Assembly (NCBI GenBank): GCA_964490075.1 | Contig: CAZBBK010000033.1 | Location: 1 to 62,706, forward strand | DNA from: an uncultured Gemmatimonadota bacterium | GTDB taxonomy: Bacteria; GCA-2686955 | Direction of reading: 5' to 3' | DNA length: 62,706 nt | Shown here: piece after piece, positions 1 to 9,141 of the stretch | How the letters are laid out: each line of letters opens with the position of its first letter | Position numbering within the stretch: position 1 is the first letter of the stretch | Program-made: the position numbers and the translations under genes | Notes under the pieces: generated by a model | Databases searched by the model: none | Told to the model about the DNA's origin: nothing | The model's input: the letters and a program-made list of their open reading frames with translations, nothing else

Positions 1-77
1 GCCGGTCGTTCCGCCCGCACTACGGCCTCCAGGGGGCGTGGCGGGTGGGGGGGGGAGGCGGGTGGGGGGGGGGGGGG

Positions 78-133
78 GCCCGCGGCTCGGGCCCCTCGTG
101 CGGGCGTGGATTCCGGCTTTCGCCGGAATCCAG
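78..133. repeat. REP-like palindromic repeat (GGATTCCGGC-TTTC-GCCGGAATCC) with a flank also present at 61985-62035
   Basis: Perfect hairpin at 108-131; 78-129 is nearly identical to 61985-62035. Confidence 0.8.
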
Positions 134-225
134 CTCGGTCCCGCACCTGGCCAACAAGCCAGAACCAAGATCCGCTAGAGTCTCAATTGACCCTTTCCCA
201 TCCCGTCCACCCCCGATCACGCGCC

Positions 226-1806
226 ATGATCCGCACCCGTTTCGCCCCCAGCCCCACCGGATTCCTGCACATCGGCGGAGTCCGCACCGCGCTCTTCAAC
301 TGGCTCTTCGCGCGCCGCCACGGCGGGCGCTTCGTGCTGCGCATCGACGACACCGACGCCGCGCGCAACGTCGAGGCCGCCTTGCAGCCGATCCTCGACG
401 GCTTCCGTTGGCTCGGCATCGACTGGGACGAAGGGGTCGAGGTGGGGGGCGAGCACGGCCCCTACCGCCAGTCGGAGGGGGGGGAGCGTTACCAGGCCGC
501 GGTGCGCGCGCTCCTCGAAAAAGGTGTCGCCTATCGCGACTACGCCACCGCGGAGGAGGTTGCCGCCGAGCGCGACGCGGCGCGTGCCGCCAAGGAGCCC
601 TTCGTCTACAGCCGCCGCTGGATGGCCGCGAGCGAGGCCGATGCGGCGCGCTTCGAGGCCGCGGGACGCAGCGCGGTGGTGCGGCTCAAGATGCCGCGCG
701 CGGGCGCTTGCGAGTTCTACGACCTGGTGCGCGGCGAGCTGAGCTTCTCCTGGGCGCAGGAGATGGATCACGTGATCCAACGCGCCGACGGCACCTGTCT
801 CTATCACCTGGCGAGCGTGGTCGACGATCACCAGATGGCCATCAGCCACGTGATCCGCGCCGAGGAGCACCTCTCGAACACGCCGCGACAGATTTTCATC
901 GCCCACGGACTGGGTTGCCGGCCGCCGCAATTCGCCCATCTGCCCTACGTGGCCGAGCCGGGCAGCAAGAGCAAACTGAGCAAGCGCAAGCTGGCCAAGT
1001 ACCTGAAGAACCAGGAGTTCGCCAAGCTGGCCCAGCACGGCGATCGGATCGCGCGGCGGATCGGCCTGGAGGCCGGCGCCGAGACCTTCAACCCGGTGAT
1101 CGTCGATTTCTACCGCCGGGTCGGCTTCTTGCCCGATGCGCTGGTGAACTACCTGCTGCTGCTGGGCTGGTCGCTGGACGATTCCACCGAGATCATGACG
1201 CGCGACAAAATGGTGTCGTCATTCGGCCTGGAGCGGGTGAACCGTGCGCCCGCCAGCTTCGATCCGGCCAAGCTGATGGCCTTTCAGGAGCGCTATATGC
1301 AGGATCTGCCCGGTGCCGCCAAGGTCGACATGGCGCTTCCCTACCTGCGCGCCGCGAAGCTCGCCGGAGCGCTCGACGACCAGGCGCTGAGACAGCGCTG
1401 CGCGGCGGTCCTGCAGGCCGCCGGAGACCGCATCAAGGTGGCCGGCGACATTCTCGACTACCCCGAGCTCTTCATCGAAGACGGGGCGCTGCGTTACGAC
1501 GAGAAGGCGTTTCGCAAGCGCATCACCAAGCCGAAGGAGGCGCAAGAGATCCTGGAGGGCGTGGCCGGCGAGCTCGAGAGGCGGCGACGTTTCGACGCGC
1601 TGCGCCTGGAGGCCGCGATCCACGACTTCGCCGAGGCGCGCGGCGTCAAGATCGGCCAGGTGGTGCACCCTCTGCGGGTGGCGGTGACCGGCAAGGGGAT
1701 CGGCTTCGGGCTCTTCGAGACCCTGGAGATCCTGGGCAAAGAGCGTTGTCTGGCGCGGATCGAGCAGGCCCTTCAGCGCGGCTCGACCCAGACCGGGTTG
1801 GAGTAG
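226..1806 (+). CDS. gltX: glutamate--tRNA ligase
   Basis: RTRFAPSPTGFLHIGG (HIGH motif), LRIDDTD, IRAEEHLSNT, KLSKR (KMSKS motif), C-terminal anticodon domain PLRVAVTG; ATG at 226 preferred over the ORF start at 106. Confidence 0.97.
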   Translation: MIRTRFAPSPTGFLHIGGVRTALFNWLFARRHGGRFVLRIDDTDAARNVEAALQPILDGFRWLGIDWDEGVEVGGEHGPYRQSEGGERYQAAVRALLEKGVAYRDYATAEEVAAERDAARAAKEPFVYSRRWMAASEADAARFEAAGRSAVVRLKMPRAGACEFYDLVRGELSFSWAQEMDHVIQRADGTCLYHLASVVDDHQMAISHVIRAEEHLSNTPRQIFIAHGLGCRPPQFAHLPYVAEPGSKSKLSKRKLAKYLKNQEFAKLAQHGDRIARRIGLEAGAETFNPVIVDFYRRVGFLPDALVNYLLLLGWSLDDSTEIMTRDKMVSSFGLERVNRAPASFDPAKLMAFQERYMQDLPGAAKVDMALPYLRAAKLAGALDDQALRQRCAAVLQAAGDRIKVAGDILDYPELFIEDGALRYDEKAFRKRITKPKEAQEILEGVAGELERRRRFDALRLEAAIHDFAEARGVKIGQVVHPLRVAVTGKGIGFGLFETLEILGKERCLARIEQALQRGSTQTGLE

Positions 1807-3635
1807 GCGACACCTTTTGGGGAGCCGGGCGCCACGGAGTAGGCGCGGTAGTAGGAGCCGCGTTCGTTGGGAGCGTCGTCGGAGACGAAGAGATAGCCGG
1901 AGCCCGTGATGTCGTCGAAGGTCGCCAGGCGCTGCTCGGCGGCGTCGCCAACCTGCCCGCGATAGAGATCGACCGAGCCCGTGCGGCCGTTCATGTCGTA
2001 GCCGATGACGATCTCCAGCGGGCTCTCGCCGCCGCCCAAGGGCACGGAGATGTCGCCCCCCATCGGGATCCAGGTGCCGCCGACCAAGCGTCCGGCGAGC
2101 GCCAGGTACTGATGGTTGGAGATGTAGCTGAGTCCCATCTGCAGCGACCGCGACAAATTGGAAAGCGTGAGCGTCGGCCACACGTAGACATGATTCCAGC
2201 CGTGGTCGAAGGCGTCGTCGTGCGTGTCGCTGCCGGAGTAGGCGTAGAGCTTCAGGCCGTCGAGCATCCGGTCGACCCACCAGGCGACGTGGCCGTCCTG
2301 GCCGGAGGTCAGCGAGCCGGACCAGATCTCGGCGCCGTAGAGCCCGTCCTCGCGCACTCCGGTGAGAGCGAAGTCCGAGTTGGAGGTCAGCGCGCCGCCG
2401 AAGACCGGGTCGTGACAGGGGTGGTTCATGAGCGAGAATCCGCCCTCGGCGCGGATCGCGGCGATGTTGTCGAGCAGCTCGTAGATGGGGTGGTAGCAGT
2501 AGCCGCCGCCCAGGTCGGTGCCGCCGGCCTTCCAGGAGGTGATGAAGTGGGCGCCGATGTGATTGACGCCGCCGTCCAGTGCGCAAATGATGTCGTTCAG
2601 ATCGGGGCAGCCGGAGCGCGGCCCCGACTCGCCCGAGGTGAGCTCGGTGCCGGGAACGATCAGCACGCCGCCTTCGGCGTTGAGGGCGGCGGCGTCGGCG
2701 GCGACGGCGTCGTACTCGGAGCTCGACTCGAGGCAGTAGGAGTGGCTGGTGGAGCTGAACCAGTCGGCCCCCAGCGCCGCGTACTGGTTCTTGAGGCGCC
2801 GCAAGGAGTTCTCGTCGCCCCAGTTGAGCGACTCCGCCTGGCAGGTGGGGCAGCCGCGCCAGAAGCCGGCCTCGTCCTTGCAGTCGTGCACGTGCAGGTC
2901 GCCGGCGGCCCAGGCCCCGGCGAGCTCGGCGCCGGGCAGCTCGGCGCGGCCGCCGGCCGGCAGCGGCAGGCGCGAGAAGGGGGGTAGGAGCGAGATGGAA
3001 TGGCTGGTCGCGGCGCGCGCCGGGCGTCCGGCGGAATCGCGGTAGTGGACCTCGATCCGGAACGTCGCCGAGGCGCCGGGGCGCGGCTCGAGCAGGGCCG
3101 CGAGATCGAGCTCGATCGGCACCAGGCCGGTGGGAGGCGAGGCGCCGAGACCTTTGCCCCGCGCCAGGTCCGCGCTCAGCAGGCGCAGCTCGTCGATTCG
3201 CGCGGCGCGCGCGGCCGGCGGATCGGCGCGATGGGCGTCGAGGGGCAGGCGGCGGTGGGCGAAGCGCTTGCTGGTCGCTGGCGGCACCAGCTCCAGCAGG
3301 CGGTCGATCTCACCGTAGAGGCCTCCGTCGCCGTGCAACACCAGGGCGCAGGGCCGGCGCCAGACCCGGTCCTCGCCGCAGCGGATCTCCAGCGACTCGA
3401 TCTCGACCCGGCTGGTCGGGGGGCCGTCGTGGTAGATCTCGAGGTGGCCGGCCAGGCTTCGCGCGCGCCGCACCTGCTCTGGTGCCCAGACCCGCAGCCG
3501 CAGATCCGGCGACGCCGCGGGCCACTCGGCCGCCGCTTCCAGTGCGGTGTGCTCGGACTGAGTCTCGGCGGCTTGGGCGCGGGACACAGAGCAGAGGGCG
3601 AAGAGGAGCAGGGGGAGGATGGGGTGGCGGATCAT
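1773..3635 (-). CDS. secreted PHP-domain metallohydrolase (CehA/McbA-like)
   Basis: Signal peptide MIRHPILPLLLFALC; motifs GDLHVH, TSHS, PGTE, NHP, GSDTH; AGAGGA RBS before ATG 3635. Confidence 0.8.
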   Translation of the reverse strand: MIRHPILPLLLFALCSVSRAQAAETQSEHTALEAAAEWPAASPDLRLRVWAPEQVRRARSLAGHLEIYHDGPPTSRVEIESLEIRCGEDRVWRRPCALVLHGDGGLYGEIDRLLELVPPATSKRFAHRRLPLDAHRADPPAARAARIDELRLLSADLARGKGLGASPPTGLVPIELDLAALLEPRPGASATFRIEVHYRDSAGRPARAATSHSISLLPPFSRLPLPAGGRAELPGAELAGAWAAGDLHVHDCKDEAGFWRGCPTCQAESLNWGDENSLRRLKNQYAALGADWFSSTSHSYCLESSSEYDAVAADAAALNAEGGVLIVPGTELTSGESGPRSGCPDLNDIICALDGGVNHIGAHFITSWKAGGTDLGGGYCYHPIYELLDNIAAIRAEGGFSLMNHPCHDPVFGGALTSNSDFALTGVREDGLYGAEIWSGSLTSGQDGHVAWWVDRMLDGLKLYAYSGSDTHDDAFDHGWNHVYVWPTLTLSNLSRSLQMGLSYISNHQYLALAGRLVGGTWIPMGGDISVPLGGGESPLEIVIGYDMNGRTGSVDLYRGQVGDAAEQRLATFDDITGSGYLFVSDDAPNERGSYYRAYSVAPGSPKGVAYSNPVWVEPR

Positions 3636-3737
3636 GGCGCGGAGTTCCTCTTGATGTCTTGGGGTCCGGTAGTATTCACTCGATCCTAACGTGATCTTCA
3701 CCGGAAACCGCGACGGGGCGTCGGCGCCGGAGAAACG

Positions 3738-4529
3738 ATGAGACCGAGAAAAAAGCTCGCGATCGCCACTTGGCGCGCGCCGCGAGAGCCGAATATCTAT
3801 GGCAAGCTGGCCGTCGACGTCACCAAGGCCTTGCGCTACGTCGAGGAGCTGCGCGCCGTCAGCGGGCGGCGAATCACCATCAACCACCTGGTCGGCAAGG
3901 CGATCGGCAAGGGGATCGAGGCGACGCCCGACCTCAACGGCCGCATCGTCTTCGGCCGCTTCGTGCCCTTCGAAACGGTCGACATGGCTTTCCTGGTGTC
4001 GCTCGAGGGCGGCAAGGATCTGGCGAAGGCGAAAGTCTGCGAAATCGAGCGCAAGTCGGTGATCGAGATCGCCGCCGAGCTCGACGACATGGTCGATTCA
4101 CTGCGCGGCGGCGAGGACGAGGCCTTCAACCGCAGCAAGAACCTGCTGCGGGTGCTGCCGGTGTGGGCGATCCGCTGGGTGGTCTGGGCCACCGGCTTCG
4201 CCACCGGGGCGCTGGGAATCGACGCCAAGGGGCTGGGTCTGGAGAGCTTCCCCTTCGGCACCTGCATCATCACCGGCGTCGGCGCCTTCGGCGTCGACGA
4301 GGGCTGGGCTCCCCCCACCCCCTTCGCCCGGGTGCCGCTCTATGTGCTGGTCGGCGCGGTGCGCGAGGTGCCGGTGGTCGAGGACGGGGAAGTGGTCGCG
4401 CGCAGTCAGCTCACGCTCTGCGCCACCATCGACCACCGCTTCATCGACGGCTACCAGGGCGCCCGGATCGCCGCCGTCGCCCGCGAGGTCCTGGAGGACC
4501 CCTACGAGCATCTGGGTCCTCCGCAATAG
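3738..4529 (+). CDS. stand-alone 2-oxoacid dehydrogenase E2-type acyltransferase catalytic domain
   Basis: TIDHRFIDG (DHRxxDG) motif, PDLNGRI; no lipoyl domain; GGAGA RBS. Confidence 0.88.
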   Translation: MRPRKKLAIATWRAPREPNIYGKLAVDVTKALRYVEELRAVSGRRITINHLVGKAIGKGIEATPDLNGRIVFGRFVPFETVDMAFLVSLEGGKDLAKAKVCEIERKSVIEIAAELDDMVDSLRGGEDEAFNRSKNLLRVLPVWAIRWVVWATGFATGALGIDAKGLGLESFPFGTCIITGVGAFGVDEGWAPPTPFARVPLYVLVGAVREVPVVEDGEVVARSQLTLCATIDHRFIDGYQGARIAAVAREVLEDPYEHLGPPQ

Positions 4530-4540
4530 ACCGTCTGAGC

Positions 4541-4740
4541 GGGATTCCCCGGCCGCTCTGCGCGGACCCAAAGAGAATCCACCGGCTGAAGAGCTGGGGG
4601 GACAACGACTTCAGCCGGTGGATCTCTCGGGGCTGCCTCCGACGGGGGGAGTGGAGGCGCCCCTGTCGAGCGCAGCGGAGTGGGGGGACATTGTTGCTGA
4701 CAGGCGATGGGGGGAATCGATCCTGTGCTTCGCTCGACAC
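4541..4740. repeat. multi-hairpin intergenic element (REP/MITE-like or structured RNA)
   Basis: 15-bp perfect inverted repeat 4577-4591/4609-4623; stems 4629-4640/4653-4663, 4664-4676/4727-4739 and 4543-4550/4711-4718. Confidence 0.6.
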
Positions 4741-4848
4741 TATGTCTCAGGGCCTTCACAATGGAGCATGGATGTCACAGGGGTGTGTCGAGTTGTGTCC
4801 TTGATGTGAATTCGACGGGGTCCCCGCAAATGCCCTTATCCTCGCCCG

Positions 4849-6177
4849 ATGCAGCCCCGTGCCCACCTCGCCCGCTGTCTGGGTATCGCCTTGGCGGTGG
4901 CCGTGTTGCTGCTGCTGGTCGACCTGCAACCGCGGCGCGGAGCCGGGGAGCCGCGAGTCGAGAGCTGGCAGCAGGCGGGGGCTCTGCGGGTCGGTTTCGC
5001 TCGGGTGTGCCTCGATCCTCCCGACGCTTGTCCGCTCGGAGGGTTCGCCGCGCGCCGCGGCGCGCCGGCCGACACCGTGCTCGACCCGGTGGGGGCGAGT
5101 GCCATGGTGCTCAACGCCGGCCAGCGCAGCGTCGCGCTGGTGGCGGTCGACCTGGTGCTGGTGCCCGATGCTCTGCGCGCCGCCGTCGCCGCGCGCGTCG
5201 AGCTCGACGCCTTGTGGCTCGCGGCGACCCACAGCCACGCCGGGCCCGGAGGGTACTGGGACAACGCCCTGGCCGAAGCGCTCGGCCTGGGACGCTTCGA
5301 CCCCCTCTGGGCCGACTCGCTCGCCGCCCGGATCGCCAGGAGCGTGGAGCGGGCGCGGGCCGCGCTGCAGCCCGCCGAGCTGAGCTGGGGGCGCCGGGCG
5401 AGCCATGGCCTGGCGCGGCCGCGCTCCAACCGCGACCGCTCCGACCAGGCGCCGCTGGTGGTGATCGAGGCGCGCCGCGCGGGGCGACAGCCGGGCGCCG
5501 TGCTCGGAGGGCTGGTGGTGCACGCCGCCCATCCGACGCTGCTGGGCAAGCGCTCGCGCGCCCTCTCCGCCGGTTGGCCCGGCCATGCGGCGCGCGCCCT
5601 GGGCGAGTCTCCCGGCGGAGAGTGGCTGGTGCTGCAAGGGCCAGGCGGGGACCTGAGCCCGCCGCCGCGACCGCTCGGCACGACGCCCGAGGAGTGGATC
5701 GCCGTCTACGGACGGGCCGTCGCCGGCGCGGTGCGGGCGGTGGCGCTGGAGCCGGTCCTCGATCCCGGGATCGGCGCGGCGCTGGCCGTCGTCTCAGCGC
5801 CACGGGCAGACGCCACCGGACTGGTCGGGCCGCCTCTGACGACCCTCGTTTCCAGCGCTCTGGGGTGGTTCGCCCGCGACTCGCTGCGCGTCGATCTGCT
5901 GCGCCTCGGTCCCCTGGCCCTGCTGGGCGTGGGTGCGGAGCCGGTGCGCTCGGTGGGGCGGGCGCTCGGTGACACCCTCCACCGGCGGCTGCCCGGAGCC
6001 GCGCCGGTGATCGTGTCGCTCACCAACGGCTATCTCGGCTACGTCGAGGCGCCCGAGGCGGTGGTTGCCCGGCGCGGCGAGGCGCGCCGGGTCTACTACG
6101 GTCCCGCTCTGCAGCCGGCCCTGATCGATCTGAGCGTGGCCGCCGCTCGCTCTCAGAGCTCGTCGCAGACCCAGTAG
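4849..6177 (+). CDS. neutral/alkaline ceramidase-like metallo-amidohydrolase
   Basis: N-terminal hydrophobic anchor; ATHSHAGP, HAAHPT, LQGPGGDLSP and LTNGYLGY motifs. Confidence 0.8.
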   Translation: MQPRAHLARCLGIALAVAVLLLLVDLQPRRGAGEPRVESWQQAGALRVGFARVCLDPPDACPLGGFAARRGAPADTVLDPVGASAMVLNAGQRSVALVAVDLVLVPDALRAAVAARVELDALWLAATHSHAGPGGYWDNALAEALGLGRFDPLWADSLAARIARSVERARAALQPAELSWGRRASHGLARPRSNRDRSDQAPLVVIEARRAGRQPGAVLGGLVVHAAHPTLLGKRSRALSAGWPGHAARALGESPGGEWLVLQGPGGDLSPPPRPLGTTPEEWIAVYGRAVAGAVRAVALEPVLDPGIGAALAVVSAPRADATGLVGPPLTTLVSSALGWFARDSLRVDLLRLGPLALLGVGAEPVRSVGRALGDTLHRRLPGAAPVIVSLTNGYLGYVEAPEAVVARRGEARRVYYGPALQPALIDLSVAAARSQSSSQTQ

Positions 6178-7727
6178 GCCGGTGGCTTTCCCACGATCGA
6201 CCAGACCTGGTCGACCTCGTCCCGCCAGTCCCCGGCTCGCAGCTCGATCACCGAGGGGTTTTCCACCCGGTAGACGTAGCGCAGCATCGCCAGCTCGTCG
6301 CAGAGCCCGGCCGCCGCCCTCCGCCGCTCCGCGATCGAGAGGGCGCCCAGATGCTCCCGTCTGCCCTGCATCGCTCCCTGGATCCCTTGCCAGGCGTAGC
6401 GGAGGTTCTCCTGCTCGTGGACCTCGAGAGCCGCCAGCATCTCCTTCACGACTTCAGGATTCACCGCCGCCACGTCGACCGTCTCGCCGGGATCGTTCTT
6501 CAGGTCGTAGAGCCGATTCTCGCGCAGGCCGATCTCGTCGACGCGGGTCACCAGCTTCCACTCCGGCGAGCGCACCGACTTCAGCCGATTGGTCTTCTCG
6601 CGGTTGCCGGGACATTGCCAGCCGCAGGGCGAGGTTTCGCTGAATGCGTAGCGACGCTCCGGCAGCGGCCCCTTGCCGGTCATCGCCGGAAGCAACGAAT
6701 GGCCTTGCGCCGCGGCGAAAGGCTCCAGCCCCAGAGCCTCGAGCACCGTCGGCATCACGTCGGCCTGCTGCACGATGTCGTCGACCACTCCGCCCCCTTC
6801 GATTCCCGGCACGCGGATGATCAGCGGAATGCGCAACACCTCGTCGTACAGCGTCCCCTGCAGGGTAGTCGACGCATGCCCCACCAGGCCGTGGTCGAGC
6901 AGCTCTTCGCCGTGGTCGGCGGTGAGCACGATGATCGTGTTGTCCCACAGCCCCAGGTGTTTCAGATGGTCGAAGACCTGACCGAGGTACTCGTCCTGCT
7001 CGTAGACACAGGCATCGTAGAGATCCTCGATGGTCGGCTTGGTGGCCAGATTCCAGCGTGTCGCGCCGGCCTTGACCATCGACAGGGTGGTCACCAGGTT
7101 GATGTGATGCTGATGCATCTCCGGCGAGTCGGGGCGTCGGAACTTGGCCCGATTTACCTCTTTCGCCGCGTACGGAAGATGCGTCACTTTTAGGTGGTAC
7201 CACATGACGAAGCGCTCGTCCTGGTGACGCTCGAGCAGGTGCTGCAAGGTCGGGCGTACGAAGTCTTCTTTGTAGCGGAAGCCCACGTTGGAGAAGGCCT
7301 CGCCGGTCGACACGTAGCCGAAGCTGACGTAGCCCAGATCGAGGAGCCGTTTCAGGGGCGTATCGAAGAACTCGTCCATGATTTTGTGGCGGGTATCGAT
7401 GCCGTGCGCGGCGGGGTGCAGCGCGGTGAGCATGCTGACCACGCCGGGCACGGTCCACGAGCTGTGGCTGATGGTGTTGCGAAAAAGCGTTGCTTCCTCG
7501 GCCGCGAAGGTGTCGATTCTGGGCGAGGTAGGGCGCGAGTAGCCGTAGCAGCTCAGGTGGTCGGCGCGCAAAGCGTCGACGGTCAGCAGCAGGACGTTGT
7601 ACGGCGGCATCGCGTCGGCTGCCTTCGCGGCATCGTCGGCGGCGGCCGGGCGCGGCGCGAGGGCGGCGGCGGCGAACGAGGCGAGCAGAAGGGTCGGGAA
7701 TCGGGTGCGCGTGCGGCTGCGCGTCAT
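6153..7727 (-). CDS. secreted sulfatase-like hydrolase/transferase (alkaline phosphatase superfamily)
   Basis: NVLLLTVDALRADHL, SSWTVPG, THLPY, TADHGEEL, LYDLKNDPGE; signal peptide after ATG 7727. Confidence 0.88.
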   Translation of the reverse strand: MTRSRTRTRFPTLLLASFAAAALAPRPAAADDAAKAADAMPPYNVLLLTVDALRADHLSCYGYSRPTSPRIDTFAAEEATLFRNTISHSSWTVPGVVSMLTALHPAAHGIDTRHKIMDEFFDTPLKRLLDLGYVSFGYVSTGEAFSNVGFRYKEDFVRPTLQHLLERHQDERFVMWYHLKVTHLPYAAKEVNRAKFRRPDSPEMHQHHINLVTTLSMVKAGATRWNLATKPTIEDLYDACVYEQDEYLGQVFDHLKHLGLWDNTIIVLTADHGEELLDHGLVGHASTTLQGTLYDEVLRIPLIIRVPGIEGGGVVDDIVQQADVMPTVLEALGLEPFAAAQGHSLLPAMTGKGPLPERRYAFSETSPCGWQCPGNREKTNRLKSVRSPEWKLVTRVDEIGLRENRLYDLKNDPGETVDVAAVNPEVVKEMLAALEVHEQENLRYAWQGIQGAMQGRREHLGALSIAERRRAAAGLCDELAMLRYVYRVENPSVIELRAGDWRDEVDQVWSIVGKPPAYWVCDEL

Positions 7728-7896
7728 GGAAGCCCCCGGGTCGGAGTGGATCGCGAGTGGAAGGGAGTTCCGTAGCCTATCGGCAACGTGACCATCTACG
7801 AAAGTGGTTCGGCGCGTCGCAAGAGGCTCGACCGCGAACACCGGGTCGCCTACGATTCCCTTCCCCCTCTTCCCCGCATCCTCGCGCCAAGGGCTC

Positions 7897-9141
7897 GTGC
7901 ATTTGGCAGAAGCTATCCTCACACGCCGCCCGTCGCCGGTCGTCGCGTGGATCCAGGTCGGCATCTACGCGCTCTTTATCTTCGCCACGCTGCCGGTGGC
8001 GCCCTATATCACCGACTTCTTCGAGCGCCTGCTCGGCTTCGAAGAGGCGATCGGCAGCGTCGCCTCGGTGGTGCTGGCCGGCGTCGGTGCCTGGGTTTTC
8101 GTGCGCCTGCTGCGCCGGGCGCGCGCCACCGGCACCGCGAACATCCTCTGGTTCTTGGCGGTCGCCCTCGCCTATGCGTTGCTGCTGCGGCGCATGGAGG
8201 TGGCGGCCGAGAAGGTCCATTTCATCGAGTACGGCCTTTTGGGACTGGGCTGCTACCGGGCCTGGCGGCGTAGCGACCGCGACGCGGCCACGCCTCTTGC
8301 CGCGATCCTGGTGGCCTACTGCATCGGACTGATGGACGAGTCGATCCAGTACCTCTCGCCCTGGCACACCTGGTGGGGCTTCCCCAAGCGCACCGGCGAG
8401 ATCCAGGATGCGCTGACCAACCTCTGGGCGATCGGCCTGGCGCAGATCCTCGCCTGGCGCTTTCTCGACCACGAGGCGGCATGCATACTTCCCTCTCCGC
8501 GCTCGATCCGCCACCTGGGGGGCGCCGCGGCGGTCACGGTTGGAGCGACCTGCGCCTTCACCCTCTGGACGGCCGAGTTCGGCTATCGCTACGTCGATCC
8601 GGTCGCCGGCACCTTCTTCAGCCGCATGACGATGGAGGATCTGCGGCGCGTCGACCGCGATCACGGCCTCGAGCGCGGCGAAATCCTGCGCCGCCACCGC
8701 GAGACTCCCTACGGGGACTTCGTCATCAAGCTCTATCCGGCCGCCGTCGATCCCTTCATGCACGAGGTGCGGGTCCACATCTTCCGCCGCGATCGCTATC
8801 TCAGAAAACGCAACGACGCCATCGGCGATCCCGCCACGCGGACGCGCGCCCACCAGCATGGGGTCGTATCCCAGCGCGAGGACGACCTCTTGCGCACCTA
8901 CTTCCCGGCCACGCTGGCCGCCTCGGGCTGCACCCTGAGCACCCAGGAGCGCGCCTGGGTCGACGAGTCGGATCGCAAGCTCGACCACCCCTCCTACGAG
9001 AGCGCGGTCAGCAATCGCATCATCGTCGCCCTCTCGAGGCATGAGCTGGCTTCACTCACGCCGGTGGCGGTGCTGGCGGTGGTTCTGCTGACGATCGGGG
9101 CGACGCGCTGGGTGGCCACGCGCCAGGAGCGCGCTCGATGA
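7897..9141 (+). CDS. VanZ-like membrane protein with C-terminal extracytoplasmic domain
   Basis: EKVHFIEYGLL and GLMDESIQY..P.R.GEIQD VanZ motifs; several TM helices; start codon uncertain. Confidence 0.72.
   Translation: MHLAEAILTRRPSPVVAWIQVGIYALFIFATLPVAPYITDFFERLLGFEEAIGSVASVVLAGVGAWVFVRLLRRARATGTANILWFLAVALAYALLLRRMEVAAEKVHFIEYGLLGLGCYRAWRRSDRDAATPLAAILVAYCIGLMDESIQYLSPWHTWWGFPKRTGEIQDALTNLWAIGLAQILAWRFLDHEAACILPSPRSIRHLGGAAAVTVGATCAFTLWTAEFGYRYVDPVAGTFFSRMTMEDLRRVDRDHGLERGEILRRHRETPYGDFVIKLYPAAVDPFMHEVRVHIFRRDRYLRKRNDAIGDPATRTRAHQHGVVSQREDDLLRTYFPATLAASGCTLSTQERAWVDESDRKLDHPSYESAVSNRIIVALSRHELASLTPVAVLAVVLLTIGATRWVATRQERAR

Noticed and set aside
44-78. Poly-G run, possible G-quadruplex or start of the 980-aa ORF
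   Set aside because: At the extreme end of the sequence and typical of two-colour sequencing or contig-end artefacts; the 45..2987 ORF is a shadow frame of gltX and the PHP gene
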